A DNA stretch of 64,000 nucleotides from Deltaproteobacteria bacterium (GTDB lineage: Bacteria; Myxococcota_A; Polyangia; Nannocystales; Nannocystaceae). The stretch lies in NCBI GenBank assembly GCA_016709225.1, contig JADJEE010000012.1, positions 2,243,630 through 2,307,629 of the forward strand, given 5' to 3'. Position 1 is the stretch's first letter; each line of letters begins with the position of its first letter. The notes beneath the pieces were generated by a model. It saw only the letters and a program-made list of their open reading frames with translations. It had not been told where the DNA came from and ran no database searches. This document shows positions 18,799 through 30,692 of the stretch, in pieces. Position numbers and translations under genes: made by a program.

Positions 18799-19863
18799 TC
18801 ACTTGTCGAACAGACCGTCGAGGTCCTCGCGCCGCGCACCCTTGGCGTCGCAGACCGCGAACTGGCCCCCGGGATAGAGCGCCGCGCCGCCGTAGCGACC
18901 GCCGCGATCGACCGCGTAGAAGTTGACGTTGAAGTCGGGCCGCCCATCCGCGCGCAGCAATCGCTTGGCGCGGGTGGTCTCGACGATGCGCTTGCATGCG
19001 GCCATGCACGCGTCCTTGGGGTGCTTGCCCGCGCGGATGAACTCGACCACCGTGTGACTGCCGGCGCTGACGATGTTGGCCTCGCCACGCCCGGTGCTGC
19101 CGGCCGCGCCGACGAGGTTGTCGACGAACAGACCCGCGCCGATGAGCGGCGAGTCGCCGACGCGACCGGGGATCTTGAATGCGAGCCCGCTGGTGGTGGT
19201 GACACCGCCGAGGTCGCCGTTGCGATCGACGCCGCAGCAGTTGATGGTGCCGGTGATGCCGAAGTGCGCCTTGACATCGGCGGGCACGTCCTTGCCGGTC
19301 TTGGGCAGCCAGTCGTCGCGATCGGACAGCGTCGACTTCCAGTACAGCCAGATCTCGCGCGCCTCGGGCGTGAGCAACTCCTGCTCGACGAAGCCGTGGG
19401 CGTTGGCGAACGCGCGCGCGCCCTCGCCCGACAGCAGCACGTGATCGGTGTAGCGCAGCACCGCCAGTGCGACCTGGCTGGGGTTCTTGATCCGTCGCAG
19501 CGAGCACACCGCGCCCGCCAGACCGCTCGGTCCATCCATGACCGAGGCGTCGAGCTCGACCTCGCCGTCTTCGTTGGGCAGGCCGCCGAGGCCGACGCTG
19601 TGATCGTTGGGATCGTCCTCCACCAGTGTCACGCCCTTCACCACCGCGTCGACCACCGGTGCACCGTCGAGGATCGCCTTCATCGCGGTCTCGACGCAGG
19701 CGGGATGACCGTTGGCGGAGGCGACCACGACCGGGTGCTTGGGCTTGCGCAGCACCGCCGGCGCGGCCGCACTGGCGCCGCGGCTGGGCGGCGCCATCAG
19801 GCAGCCGGAGCCGAGCACCATCGACGATCGGAGCAGGAAACCGCGGCGTCGCAATCGGGGCAT
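18799..19863 (-). CDS. Ntn-hydrolase isoaspartyl peptidase / L-asparaginase (aspartylglucosaminidase-like), Tat-exported
   Basis: Twin-arginine signal ([14 protein letters not shown]). Autoproteolytic G-T nucleophile region ([14 protein letters not shown]). Stop is 10 nt before the cydA start. Confidence 0.8.
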   Translation of the reverse strand: MPRLRRRGFLLRSSMVLGSGCLMAPPSRGASAAAPAVLRKPKHPVVVASANGHPACVETAMKAILDGAPVVDAVVKGVTLVEDDPNDHSVGLGGLPNEDGEVELDASVMDGPSGLAGAVCSLRRIKNPSQVALAVLRYTDHVLLSGEGARAFANAHGFVEQELLTPEAREIWLYWKSTLSDRDDWLPKTGKDVPADVKAHFGITGTINCCGVDRNGDLGGVTTTSGLAFKIPGRVGDSPLIGAGLFVDNLVGAAGSTGRGEANIVSAGSHTVVEFIRAGKHPKDACMAACKRIVETTRAKRLLRADGRPDFNVNFYAVDRGGRYGGAALYPGGQFAVCDAKGARREDLDGLFDK

Positions 19864-19894
19864 GGACACCCGCGAGCGTGCCAGAAAATCCGGG

Positions 19895-22810
<2,916 letters not shown>

Positions 22811-23084
22811 CGGGCGCAATGGACGGGCTCGAACGGCCCCCCGGGAGGGCGACGCAGCGCCCCGCCGGTACCCGATCGAATGGCCAGTCTATCAGTCGCC
22901 CCCACCGACGTCGGCGGCCCGGCCGCTCGTGGGGGCCCTGGCCGTCGACCTGCTCCGCACGCTCGCCACCCCCATCACGACCACGAAATCGCCAACCATC
23001 GACACCCCTGCGGGGTCCGGCCTACCCTCGCGCGCCGAGGCCGCGGCGACGCACGTCCCTTCCCACGGCAGAAGAGGTTCGACC

Positions 23085-24287
23085 ATGCTTGCGAAGTTTC
23101 TGACGCGCTCTGTTTTCTCGTGCATCGGGCTCACGCTCGTTGCGTCCGGTTGTGAAAAGCAGCAGACCACCCCGCCGCCCAGCGATCCGGTCGCGACCGC
23201 GCCGGCCAAGCCACCGGCGAAGCCGATCCCCGATGGCTTCTTCACGCTGACGCCGCAGCTGACCGTCAACGATGTCGACGCCGCGATCGCGTTCTACACC
23301 ACCGCGCTCGGCGCCCAGAAGCTGTTCACACTGCCCGGCGCCGACGGCAAGACGATGCACGGCGAGATCAAGATCGGCGACTCGATCGTGATGATCGACG
23401 CCGAGAACCCGCAGGGCAAGTCGCCGCTGACGCTCGGCGGCACGCCGGCGACGCTGATGGTCTATGTCGAGAAGGTCGACGAGACCTACGCGGCCGCGCT
23501 CGCAGCCGGCGCGAAGCAGGAGCAGCCGGTGCAGGATCAGTTCTGGGGCGATCGCTACGGCGAGCTCAGCGATCCGTTCGGACACCGCTGGGCGCTCGCG
23601 ACCCACGTCGAGGACCTGACGCCCGAGCAGATGCAGCAGCGCAGCGCCCTGGTGATGGCCGAGATGGCGCCGCCGGCCAAGGGCAAGAAGAAGAAGAAGG
23701 CCAAGAAGGGCGCGCCGCCGGTGTGGAAGGCGGTCGCAGGCACGCCCGCGACGCAAGCCGTGCCCGCGCCGTACCACACCGTGACCGTGGCCTACACCCT
23801 CGACAACGCTGCGGCCGCGATCGAGTTCTACAAGACCGCCCTGGGTGCACAGGAGCGCGATCGCATGGCGATGCCCGACGGTCGCATCATGCACGCCGAG
23901 ATCTCCATCGGTGACTCGTTCCTCATGCTCTCCGACGAGATGCCGGGCATGTCGAAGTCGGCCAAGACCCTCGCGGGCTCGCCGGTGGCGCTGATGCTCT
24001 ACACGCCCGACGTCGACGCCGCGATGACGACCGCGACCGGTGCCGGTGGCACCGCGGTGATGCCGGTCAGCGACATGTTCTGGGGCGATCGCTACGGCGC
24101 GATCGTGGATGTCGCGGGCTACCTGTGGGGCATCGCCACGCACAAGGAAGACCTGACGCCCGAGGAGATCGCCGAGCGGGCCAAGGCAGCGATGCCGCCG
24201 GCCGCAGCCGAGACCGCGCCCGCGCCCGCGCCCGCGGCTGCGCCCGCCGGGGCCGAGACCGCCGCCGCGCCGACGCCCGCGAGCTGA
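23085..24287 (+). CDS. Lipoprotein with two tandem VOC/glyoxalase-fold (PhnB-like) domains
   Basis: ATG 23085 with GAAGAGG RBS. Lipobox (LTLVASGC). Two repeats of the ~130-aa domain (...AIAFY.TALGAQ...GDRYG...) separated by a KGKKKKKAKKG linker. Confidence 0.8.
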   Translation: MLAKFLTRSVFSCIGLTLVASGCEKQQTTPPPSDPVATAPAKPPAKPIPDGFFTLTPQLTVNDVDAAIAFYTTALGAQKLFTLPGADGKTMHGEIKIGDSIVMIDAENPQGKSPLTLGGTPATLMVYVEKVDETYAAALAAGAKQEQPVQDQFWGDRYGELSDPFGHRWALATHVEDLTPEQMQQRSALVMAEMAPPAKGKKKKKAKKGAPPVWKAVAGTPATQAVPAPYHTVTVAYTLDNAAAAIEFYKTALGAQERDRMAMPDGRIMHAEISIGDSFLMLSDEMPGMSKSAKTLAGSPVALMLYTPDVDAAMTTATGAGGTAVMPVSDMFWGDRYGAIVDVAGYLWGIATHKEDLTPEEIAERAKAAMPPAAAETAPAPAPAAAPAGAETAAAPTPAS

Positions 24288-24456
24288 GCCCTCGCGAACT
24301 GTTCGCACGACGCCCGTGCAACTTGCCCAAGGCCCGCGTGATCCCGAGTCGATCGCGCGGGCCTTCGCGCGTGGCAGCGGAGCACGATCGCAGGAAGATC
24401 GCGTGCGGACTCCGTACCCGTGATTCGGGGCACACCGGTTGCAGTCCAGTGCGTCC

Positions 24457-25914
24457 ATGCGGAAGCGATCGATCATGGAGACCCTGTGGTGCGCATGCCT
24501 GGGACTCGTCGCGGCGGCCGGCTGCAGCGCGGCGAGCTTGCAAGGCGACGACCACGGCGGCGCGTGCCGATCGCCGGCAGGCTGCGTCGGTGACGACGCC
24601 GGCACCAGCGGTGCGAGCGGCTGGGATCCCGCCGACGACAGCAGCGACGGCAGTGGAGCCGCAACCGGCGGCGACGAGGCGACCTCGTCCGAGCCACCAC
24701 GAGGGCCGCAGCTGCCGTGCGACGTCGCGGCCGCGCTGTCGCGGGCGTGCGGCGAGTGCCACGGCGACACGCCGGCCTACGGCGCCCCGATGTCGCTGGT
24801 GGACTTCGATGACCTGCACGTGCCCGCGCCGACCGACCCCACCCGCTCGGTGTTCGATCTCGTCGGCGAGCGCATCACCGCCGACACGAAGATGATGCCA
24901 CCCGACGACGACATCACCGACGCCGAGCGGGCCGCGTTGTTGTCGTGGATCGAGGCCGGCGCACCGGCAGATCCCGACGCCCAGTGCGGCGATCTCCCGC
25001 CGCCCGACGATGGCCCCGACGTCGGCCCCGAGGCGCTGCCGTGCGAGACCAACTTCGAGGTGCGTGCACACGCGCCCGGCGGCCAGGGTGGCTTCCAGGT
25101 GCCAGCGCAGGGCGCCGACGATCTCTACCAGTGCTTCGCCTTCAAGGCGCCGTTCACCGAGCCTCGGCAGGCGGTCGCGTGGGCCCCGATCATCGACGAC
25201 GAGCGCGTCGTGCACCACTGGATCCTCTACCGCACGCCGTCACCGCAGGAGGACGGCGGTGTGTTCCCCTGCGATGTCTCGCTGCAGGTCTCGGCGGAGT
25301 TCGTCGCGGGCTGGGCCCCCGGTGGTGGCAACGTGCTGATGCCCGAGGGCGTCGGCCTCGAGCTCGGCGATCCCAACGACTGGTACGTGCTGCAGGTCCA
25401 CTACCACAACACCGCGCACCACCAGGACGCCGTCGACGCCAGCGGCGTGGCCTTCTGCATGCCGGACGAGCCGCGCCCGCAGACCGCCGGCGTGCTCACC
25501 CTCGGCACCACGAGTCTGAACATCCCCGCCGGCGCGGTTGCCCACGAGGAGACCGGCAACTGTGGCGGGCTGCTGACGCTGTTCTGGCCCGGCGACCTGC
25601 ACATCATCGGGAGCTCACCGCACATGCACGAGCTCGGCCGTGGCTTCCACACCGAGCTGGTGCGCGCCGGCGGCGTCACCGAGGTCGTCACGGACGTGCC
25701 GGTGTTCAACTTCGAGAGCCAGGGCATGTACTTCAACACGCCCGAGATCGTGGTGCACCCCGGCGAGTCCCTGCGCACTACCTGCGTCTTCGACAACCCC
25801 GGCGCCGAGATGGTGCACTTCGGTGAAGGCACCACCGACGAGATGTGCTTCAACTTCGTGCTCGCCTACCCCATCCAGCAGCTCAACAATCGCAACTGCG
25901 GGATCGTGTTCTAG
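24457..25914 (+). CDS. Secreted lipoprotein: N-terminal c-type heme motif fused to a PHM/DBH-like type-II copper monooxygenase fold
   Basis: Lipobox (LVAAAGC). CGECHGD (CxxCH). Then HHWILY, H.H and HMH...M spacing, like the CuH/CuM ligand sets of peptidylglycine monooxygenase. Confidence 0.75.
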   Translation: MRKRSIMETLWCACLGLVAAAGCSAASLQGDDHGGACRSPAGCVGDDAGTSGASGWDPADDSSDGSGAATGGDEATSSEPPRGPQLPCDVAAALSRACGECHGDTPAYGAPMSLVDFDDLHVPAPTDPTRSVFDLVGERITADTKMMPPDDDITDAERAALLSWIEAGAPADPDAQCGDLPPPDDGPDVGPEALPCETNFEVRAHAPGGQGGFQVPAQGADDLYQCFAFKAPFTEPRQAVAWAPIIDDERVVHHWILYRTPSPQEDGGVFPCDVSLQVSAEFVAGWAPGGGNVLMPEGVGLELGDPNDWYVLQVHYHNTAHHQDAVDASGVAFCMPDEPRPQTAGVLTLGTTSLNIPAGAVAHEETGNCGGLLTLFWPGDLHIIGSSPHMHELGRGFHTELVRAGGVTEVVTDVPVFNFESQGMYFNTPEIVVHPGESLRTTCVFDNPGAEMVHFGEGTTDEMCFNFVLAYPIQQLNNRNCGIVF

Positions 25915-26078
25915 TACCTCGACACAGCGATAGTGATGGGTCAGAACGCCGTCATGGCCGCGACTCCGCAAGGCGCCGTGCCGCCGGAATACCGGGCGTA
26001 TTTCAAGGTGCGGCAACGCAGCGAGGCGCGGTCAGGGCGGTGTTATGGCCCGTCACTATCGCTGTGTCGAGGTACTAG
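25911..26078. repeat. Palindromic intergenic element: 26-nt perfect inverted repeat (imperfect further in) around a ~116-nt lower-GC core. Probable bidirectional terminator or REP-like element.
   Basis: Left arm ctagtacctcgacacagcgatagtga (25911-25936). Right arm tcactatcgctgtgtcgaggtactag (26053-26078). The arms contain the TAG stop codons of both convergent flanking genes. Confidence 0.6.
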
Positions 26079-26695
26079 CCGGGTGCGGTGTTGCGGCGCA
26101 GCGGCTCGGGCAGCCACGCGTCGAGCATGCTGTGCGGCGGATCGCCCAGCGGTGTCAGCAGCAACGGGGTCCGTCGCGTCGCGATCGGCGAGGCCAGTGT
26201 GGTCTCGCCGAGCGCGAGCTCGATCCGCTTGGCGGCGCCGGCGACCAGCTCGGCGCCGCTGGGCAGCCGCGCCGGGCGACCACGCACCGCCAGCACACAC
26301 TCGATCGCCACGATGATCCGCGAGCGCTCCGAGACGGGCCACGCGCTGGGATCGTGCTCGCCCCACGGCACGAGCGCGTCCTCGATGAGCGGCAGTCGTC
26401 GCGTGACCTCCAGCTGCAGTGACTCGCCCGGTGGCAGAGCGCAGGCGGTCGGCCACACCGGCATCGCCGTCGCCGCGGCCCACGGCGCGGGCCGAAAGCG
26501 CCCTGCGCCCACGACGATGCAATCGTCGCCACCGTGCTGGCAGTGCCACCAAGCCCGAGTGCCGGTGGGATCGAGCAGCATGGGATGGATCGGCGCACGC
26601 GTGTCGTTGCGCAGCACGATCGCGAGTTCGAGGCGATCACCGCGCACACGTGCGTCGACCCGGAGCGGCACCGAGGTTGCGACGACGATCGTCAT
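26075..26695 (-). CDS. Hypothetical protein (second candidate immunity gene of the PAAR array)
   Basis: 206 aa. ATGA stop/start overlap with the upstream ORF. Protein-like composition. No signal peptide. Confidence 0.45.
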   Translation of the reverse strand: MTIVVATSVPLRVDARVRGDRLELAIVLRNDTRAPIHPMLLDPTGTRAWWHCQHGGDDCIVVGAGRFRPAPWAAATAMPVWPTACALPPGESLQLEVTRRLPLIEDALVPWGEHDPSAWPVSERSRIIVAIECVLAVRGRPARLPSGAELVAGAAKRIELALGETTLASPIATRRTPLLLTPLGDPPHSMLDAWLPEPLRRNTAPG

Positions 26696-27291
26696 GGACT
26701 CCGCGACCGCAGTCGACGCAGCTCAACCGGCAAGAGATGATCGACGGTGCTCATGATCCCGCGCGGCAGCGGATCGGGAAGCACCGCGCGCGCGATCGTG
26801 CTGGGCGCGGGCAGCTCGGCCCACGCCCACGCGGCGATCACCGGCTCGACCAGCCCGATGCCATGGCTGTCGGTGCGCGCGTCGTGGGTGGCCGCGACCG
26901 CAGCGACCGGCACGACCTGCACGCCGGCCAGCACCCGCAACACCGGCACGCGCTCGACTTCGAGGGCGGCGGCGCGGGCGATGGCGGTCTCGGTGAGGCG
27001 ACGCCCGAGCGAGAGCGTGCGCTGCCAGCCGCGCTCGGGATCGATGCGTTCGCCGCGGGGCAGGATCGGCGCCGCCGACAGCAAGCCGTCCGGCACGCGC
27101 ACCTGACCGAACCACACCAGGGCGCCATCGTTGCCGATCGACTGCACCACCGGACGCGCGCGGGGGCCTTGGCAGTCGCGAACCAACGCGAAGCAGCTGT
27201 CCTCGATCCGCAGCCGCAGGCTCAGCCGCAGCTCGCCGCGATCGATCGCGATCGCAGCGTCGAGTCGGTGGCGAGGGCTGGCTGCGTTCAT
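26692..27291 (-). CDS. Hypothetical protein (first candidate immunity gene directly downstream of the PAAR-toxin gene)
   Basis: 199 aa. Start is 14 nt after the toxin stop. No family recognised. Confidence 0.45.
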   Translation of the reverse strand: MNAASPRHRLDAAIAIDRGELRLSLRLRIEDSCFALVRDCQGPRARPVVQSIGNDGALVWFGQVRVPDGLLSAAPILPRGERIDPERGWQRTLSLGRRLTETAIARAAALEVERVPVLRVLAGVQVVPVAAVAATHDARTDSHGIGLVEPVIAAWAWAELPAPSTIARAVLPDPLPRGIMSTVDHLLPVELRRLRSRSP

Positions 27292-27304
27292 GGCTCGCGC
27301 TCGC

Positions 27305-28696
27305 TCACGGGAACGGCGACGTATAGGTGGTGCGGGTCGGCAGGCCGGTCTCGGTGCGGTAGCTGTTCTCGGCGGCGACCGTCGAGTACTCCTCGTGGTT
27401 CACCCACCGGCTGTCCCAGCCATGCTCGGAGTTGGTCGCGAGCTGGCGACTCGCACCCTCGGAGTGGTTCGCCGCGTGGTTCATCTCGTGGAAGAGAATC
27501 GCGTCCGAGCTGGTGCCCGGCGCGGGATGGGCGTGGCCGCCGGCGGCCCACGGATTGGCGGGGTGGTTGGCCCAGTTCGAGGGCATGTGCTCGACGGTGG
27601 TCGGCGCCCCCGGCATGCGCAGGCCCGTCGGCGTGTCCATGAACGCGTCCCAGTTGCCGTGATGATCGGCGACGGCGTTGAGCGGGCCGTTCGCGCCGTG
27701 GTACGGCACGATCGTCACCGGCTTGCCCGCGCGTTCGATCCGCTCGAGCGCCTCGCGACCGGCCCGCGTCCGCGCCATGCGTTCGAGATCGCGGGTGACG
27801 TCGTCGGCCCAGCCGGTCGGCGCACCGTGGGGGCTCACGTGCACGTGCTGCAAGTTGCGCACGTAGCGAGCCGCGGTCAGGCGCCGGAACACCGAGCCGC
27901 CCACGCGGAACAACGCCTTGAAGCCCTGGGCGATCGCGAGGCTGAACAGCGACGGGAACGGGATACCGCCGACCACCACGTTCGCCGAGCCCGGGCCGAC
28001 CGTGGTGCCGATCATCGGCCCCATCGGCGGATCGCTGGGCTTCGGCGACGAGAAGGTGCAGTGCTTGGTGATGTCGACCGCGAGCCGAGCCGCGCGCGCG
28101 CCCTCGATCCACACCGACGACGAGCCCAGGAAGATCTCGAACATCGGGAAGTAGCCACCGCACCAGATGCCGAGGCCCATGTCGCCGCAGCGGGCGGCCG
28201 CGCGAGCGTTGACCATGACCGTCGAAGCGCCCGAGAGGATCGGAATCGGGATGATCGGGCCCATGCTCGGCAGCGGGATCGGCACGGGATTGGGCGGCGT
28301 CAGGTTGGGCGGGTGGTTGTGCGCGTGGGGTAGCCCGACGTCGAGGTCCCACATGCGCAACGCCGGGAACGCAGGGAACGCAGGCAGGCCGAGCGCGTCG
28401 GCGATCTGGCCCATGGTCTGGGTGATCGCCATCTCGACGTGGATCGCCGCCTGCACGCCCGCGGCCAGGGTCGCGAGCACACCACCACCACCGCCGGCGT
28501 GACCATCGGCGCCCGCCGGGCCACCGGCCTCGCCGCCGCCGGAATCGGCGTGGCCCGACGCGCGGCCGGCCGCAGCGACCGTGACCCCGCCGGCACCCGA
28601 TCGACCGGCGTTGACCGTCGCGCGCTCGCCCCACTGCGAGTACAGCTCGGCGGCACGCGAGAAGCGGATGTTCGACAGATGATCGAGCACGCCCAT
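27305..28696 (-). CDS. PAAR-like (DUF4150) protein with a C-terminal HExxH domain (putative T6SS-delivered toxin)
   Basis: ATG 28696 with GGAG RBS. Two PAAR-type motifs (NARAAARCGDMG, GARAARLAVDITKHC). Pro-rich linker. C-terminal HEMNHAANH. Confidence 0.7.
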   Translation of the reverse strand: MGVLDHLSNIRFSRAAELYSQWGERATVNAGRSGAGGVTVAAAGRASGHADSGGGEAGGPAGADGHAGGGGGVLATLAAGVQAAIHVEMAITQTMGQIADALGLPAFPAFPALRMWDLDVGLPHAHNHPPNLTPPNPVPIPLPSMGPIIPIPILSGASTVMVNARAAARCGDMGLGIWCGGYFPMFEIFLGSSSVWIEGARAARLAVDITKHCTFSSPKPSDPPMGPMIGTTVGPGSANVVVGGIPFPSLFSLAIAQGFKALFRVGGSVFRRLTAARYVRNLQHVHVSPHGAPTGWADDVTRDLERMARTRAGREALERIERAGKPVTIVPYHGANGPLNAVADHHGNWDAFMDTPTGLRMPGAPTTVEHMPSNWANHPANPWAAGGHAHPAPGTSSDAILFHEMNHAANHSEGASRQLATNSEHGWDSRWVNHEEYSTVAAENSYRTETGLPTRTTYTSPFP

Positions 28697-28698
28697 GG

Positions 28699-30531
28699 CT
28701 ACGGCTCCTCGCTCGGCGGCGCGATCGCCCCGTGTCGGCGTGCGGACTCGATCTCGCGCTTCTTGGCGGCACCCATGCCGAGCTTGTCGAACACCCGCGC
28801 CTTGCGCTGGAGGATGTCGGCGCGCGAGCTGTCGGCGGCATCGCCGAAGGTCTCGGGGACCGCGTTGCAGCAGGCCAGCGCGCGATCGAACTCGACCACG
28901 GCGTCGACGCGACGCCCGGCCTTGGCGTGCGACTCGGCGATCCACGTGCGCGCGTACGCTTCGGCGAGGTGGTTGCGCATGTTGGCGTAGTACTTGGCCG
29001 CGATCGTGTAGCGCTCGATCGCTCGATCGCAGGCGCCGACCATGAAGTCGCAGTGACCGATGCCGGTCATGCCACTGGCCGCGAGCACGGCGTGGTCGTG
29101 CTCGACCGCGACCTCGACGCAGCGGGCGTACGCCTCCATCGCCTTGTCGAACGCGGCGCAGTGGTACAGCGCGCCGCCCATCCCGTACCACGCGCTGGCG
29201 ATCTCGATCGGCTCCTCGGTCGCGTGCGCGAGCTCGAGGCTCTCGATCTGCAGGGCCATGCCGCGCTCGGGATCGCCATTGTGCATGCGATAGGCGGCCA
29301 GCGCCGAGAGGCACCGCAGTCGTTCGATGGTCGGCAGCTCAGGCTGGGCGAGCTTGTCGGTCAGGCCCTTCTCGATCACTGGACCGTCGATGCGAAAGTC
29401 GAGGGTTCGCATCACCGCGCGCAAGGGCGCGCCAGCGAGGCGCTCGACGCCGGTGGCAACGGCGCACACACGGACCTTCGCGCTCACCAGTACACGGGCG
29501 AGTCGCGCCAGCGAGGCGAGGAACTCCTGCTGCTCGCCCGGTGGCACCTCGTCGTCGATCGCAGCGGCGAGCACGACGATGAGCTCCTGCTCGGGGTCGA
29601 GCACGGTGCGTTGCACCCGGAGCAACAGCTGCGCGAAATGGACCTCGGCACCGTGGCGCCCGATCGGAGCGGCGATCTCCGCCAACAGTGCAGCGGTGCG
29701 ATCACCTCGACCCACGCGCTCGGCGTGGGCGTGGACCTGGCGCACGACCGCCTCGGCGACGCGACCATAGAAGTGAATCGGCCGCCAGAACCTGACCTCC
29801 TCGGCATGGACGACCAGCGCGCGGTTGGCCAGCCCGGCCTCGATCAACGCCGAGACCAGCCACGCCTGCCCGCGGCGCGGCGCGTCATAGACCAGCATGC
29901 GCGGCAGCGGATCGATCATGGCGTGGCGGATCGTCGCGCCGATGGCCGCCGCGTCGCCCTGCCGCAGCGCGACCACGCGCGGCCGCGCGACCTCGACGTC
30001 GCGCACGATGCCCGCACTCGGCTCGACCATCAGCAGCAGCTTGAAGCGACCGCTCTCGGTCGCCTCGGTGATCCGGCCGAGCGTCGCTGCGAGCTCGAGC
30101 GAGCGCGCGTCCTCGCGATCGATCGACAGCACCATCACCACGCCCTCGACGAAGGGGTCGAACGCGAGCGCCGATTGCTCGGCGTACTCGGCCAGCAGCT
30201 GCTCGATCGTGCGACCGCGGGAGCCCGCACGCGGATCGAACGGTGGCGGCGGCTCGATCGTGATCTCGGCCGCGGCGGCCTCGCGCACGGCGGCATCGAC
30301 TGCCGCGGCGATTGCCTCGCCGATCGCCGCGCAGTACGACGCGCCATCGACGAAGCGATCGTCCATCGCCGCCCACAGCCGCCGACCATCGTCGGCGAGC
30401 CCGGCGAGCAGCTTCGCCGCCGCGGCCCGCTGATCCGCTGCGGCGCGCAGCTCGAGCACCACCGCGTCGGGCTCGGCGAGGAACCCGTGGATGGCAGTGA
30501 TGCGCGACTGCACGTACTCGGCGAGCGGCAT
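28699..30531 (-). CDS. Large (610 aa) cytoplasmic alpha-helical protein with a TPR-like C-terminus, hypothetical. Possible adaptor/chaperone of the downstream PAAR protein.
   Basis: ATG 30531. Ends 2 nt before the PAAR-gene start. No signal peptide. No catalytic motif recognised. Confidence 0.6.
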   Translation of the reverse strand: MPLAEYVQSRITAIHGFLAEPDAVVLELRAAADQRAAAAKLLAGLADDGRRLWAAMDDRFVDGASYCAAIGEAIAAAVDAAVREAAAAEITIEPPPPFDPRAGSRGRTIEQLLAEYAEQSALAFDPFVEGVVMVLSIDREDARSLELAATLGRITEATESGRFKLLLMVEPSAGIVRDVEVARPRVVALRQGDAAAIGATIRHAMIDPLPRMLVYDAPRRGQAWLVSALIEAGLANRALVVHAEEVRFWRPIHFYGRVAEAVVRQVHAHAERVGRGDRTAALLAEIAAPIGRHGAEVHFAQLLLRVQRTVLDPEQELIVVLAAAIDDEVPPGEQQEFLASLARLARVLVSAKVRVCAVATGVERLAGAPLRAVMRTLDFRIDGPVIEKGLTDKLAQPELPTIERLRCLSALAAYRMHNGDPERGMALQIESLELAHATEEPIEIASAWYGMGGALYHCAAFDKAMEAYARCVEVAVEHDHAVLAASGMTGIGHCDFMVGACDRAIERYTIAAKYYANMRNHLAEAYARTWIAESHAKAGRRVDAVVEFDRALACCNAVPETFGDAADSSRADILQRKARVFDKLGMGAAKKREIESARRHGAIAPPSEEP

Positions 30532-30692
30532 GTTCGAAGGTAGACCGAAACGTAGCGCCGAGGATCCGAGGTGTCCACGTCGCCGCGGGGTCGTGCCGCG
30601 TCGTCGCGGACCCCCGTCGGATGGCTCGATCGCGCACGATCGGGCGCGCAGACGCGAATCCGCAGGGCAGCCCGCGCACTGCTGCTGCGCGA

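Noticed and set aside
25933-26316. 127-aa ORF starting inside the palindromic element
   Set aside because: It runs antisense into the 26075-26695 gene and starts within a structured intergenic element. More likely non-coding.
27288-28841. 517-aa minus-strand ORF in another frame over the PAAR gene
   Set aside because: Its translation is Arg/Pro/Gly-rich junk. The alternative frame (27305-28696) carries PAAR motifs, HExxH and an RBS.
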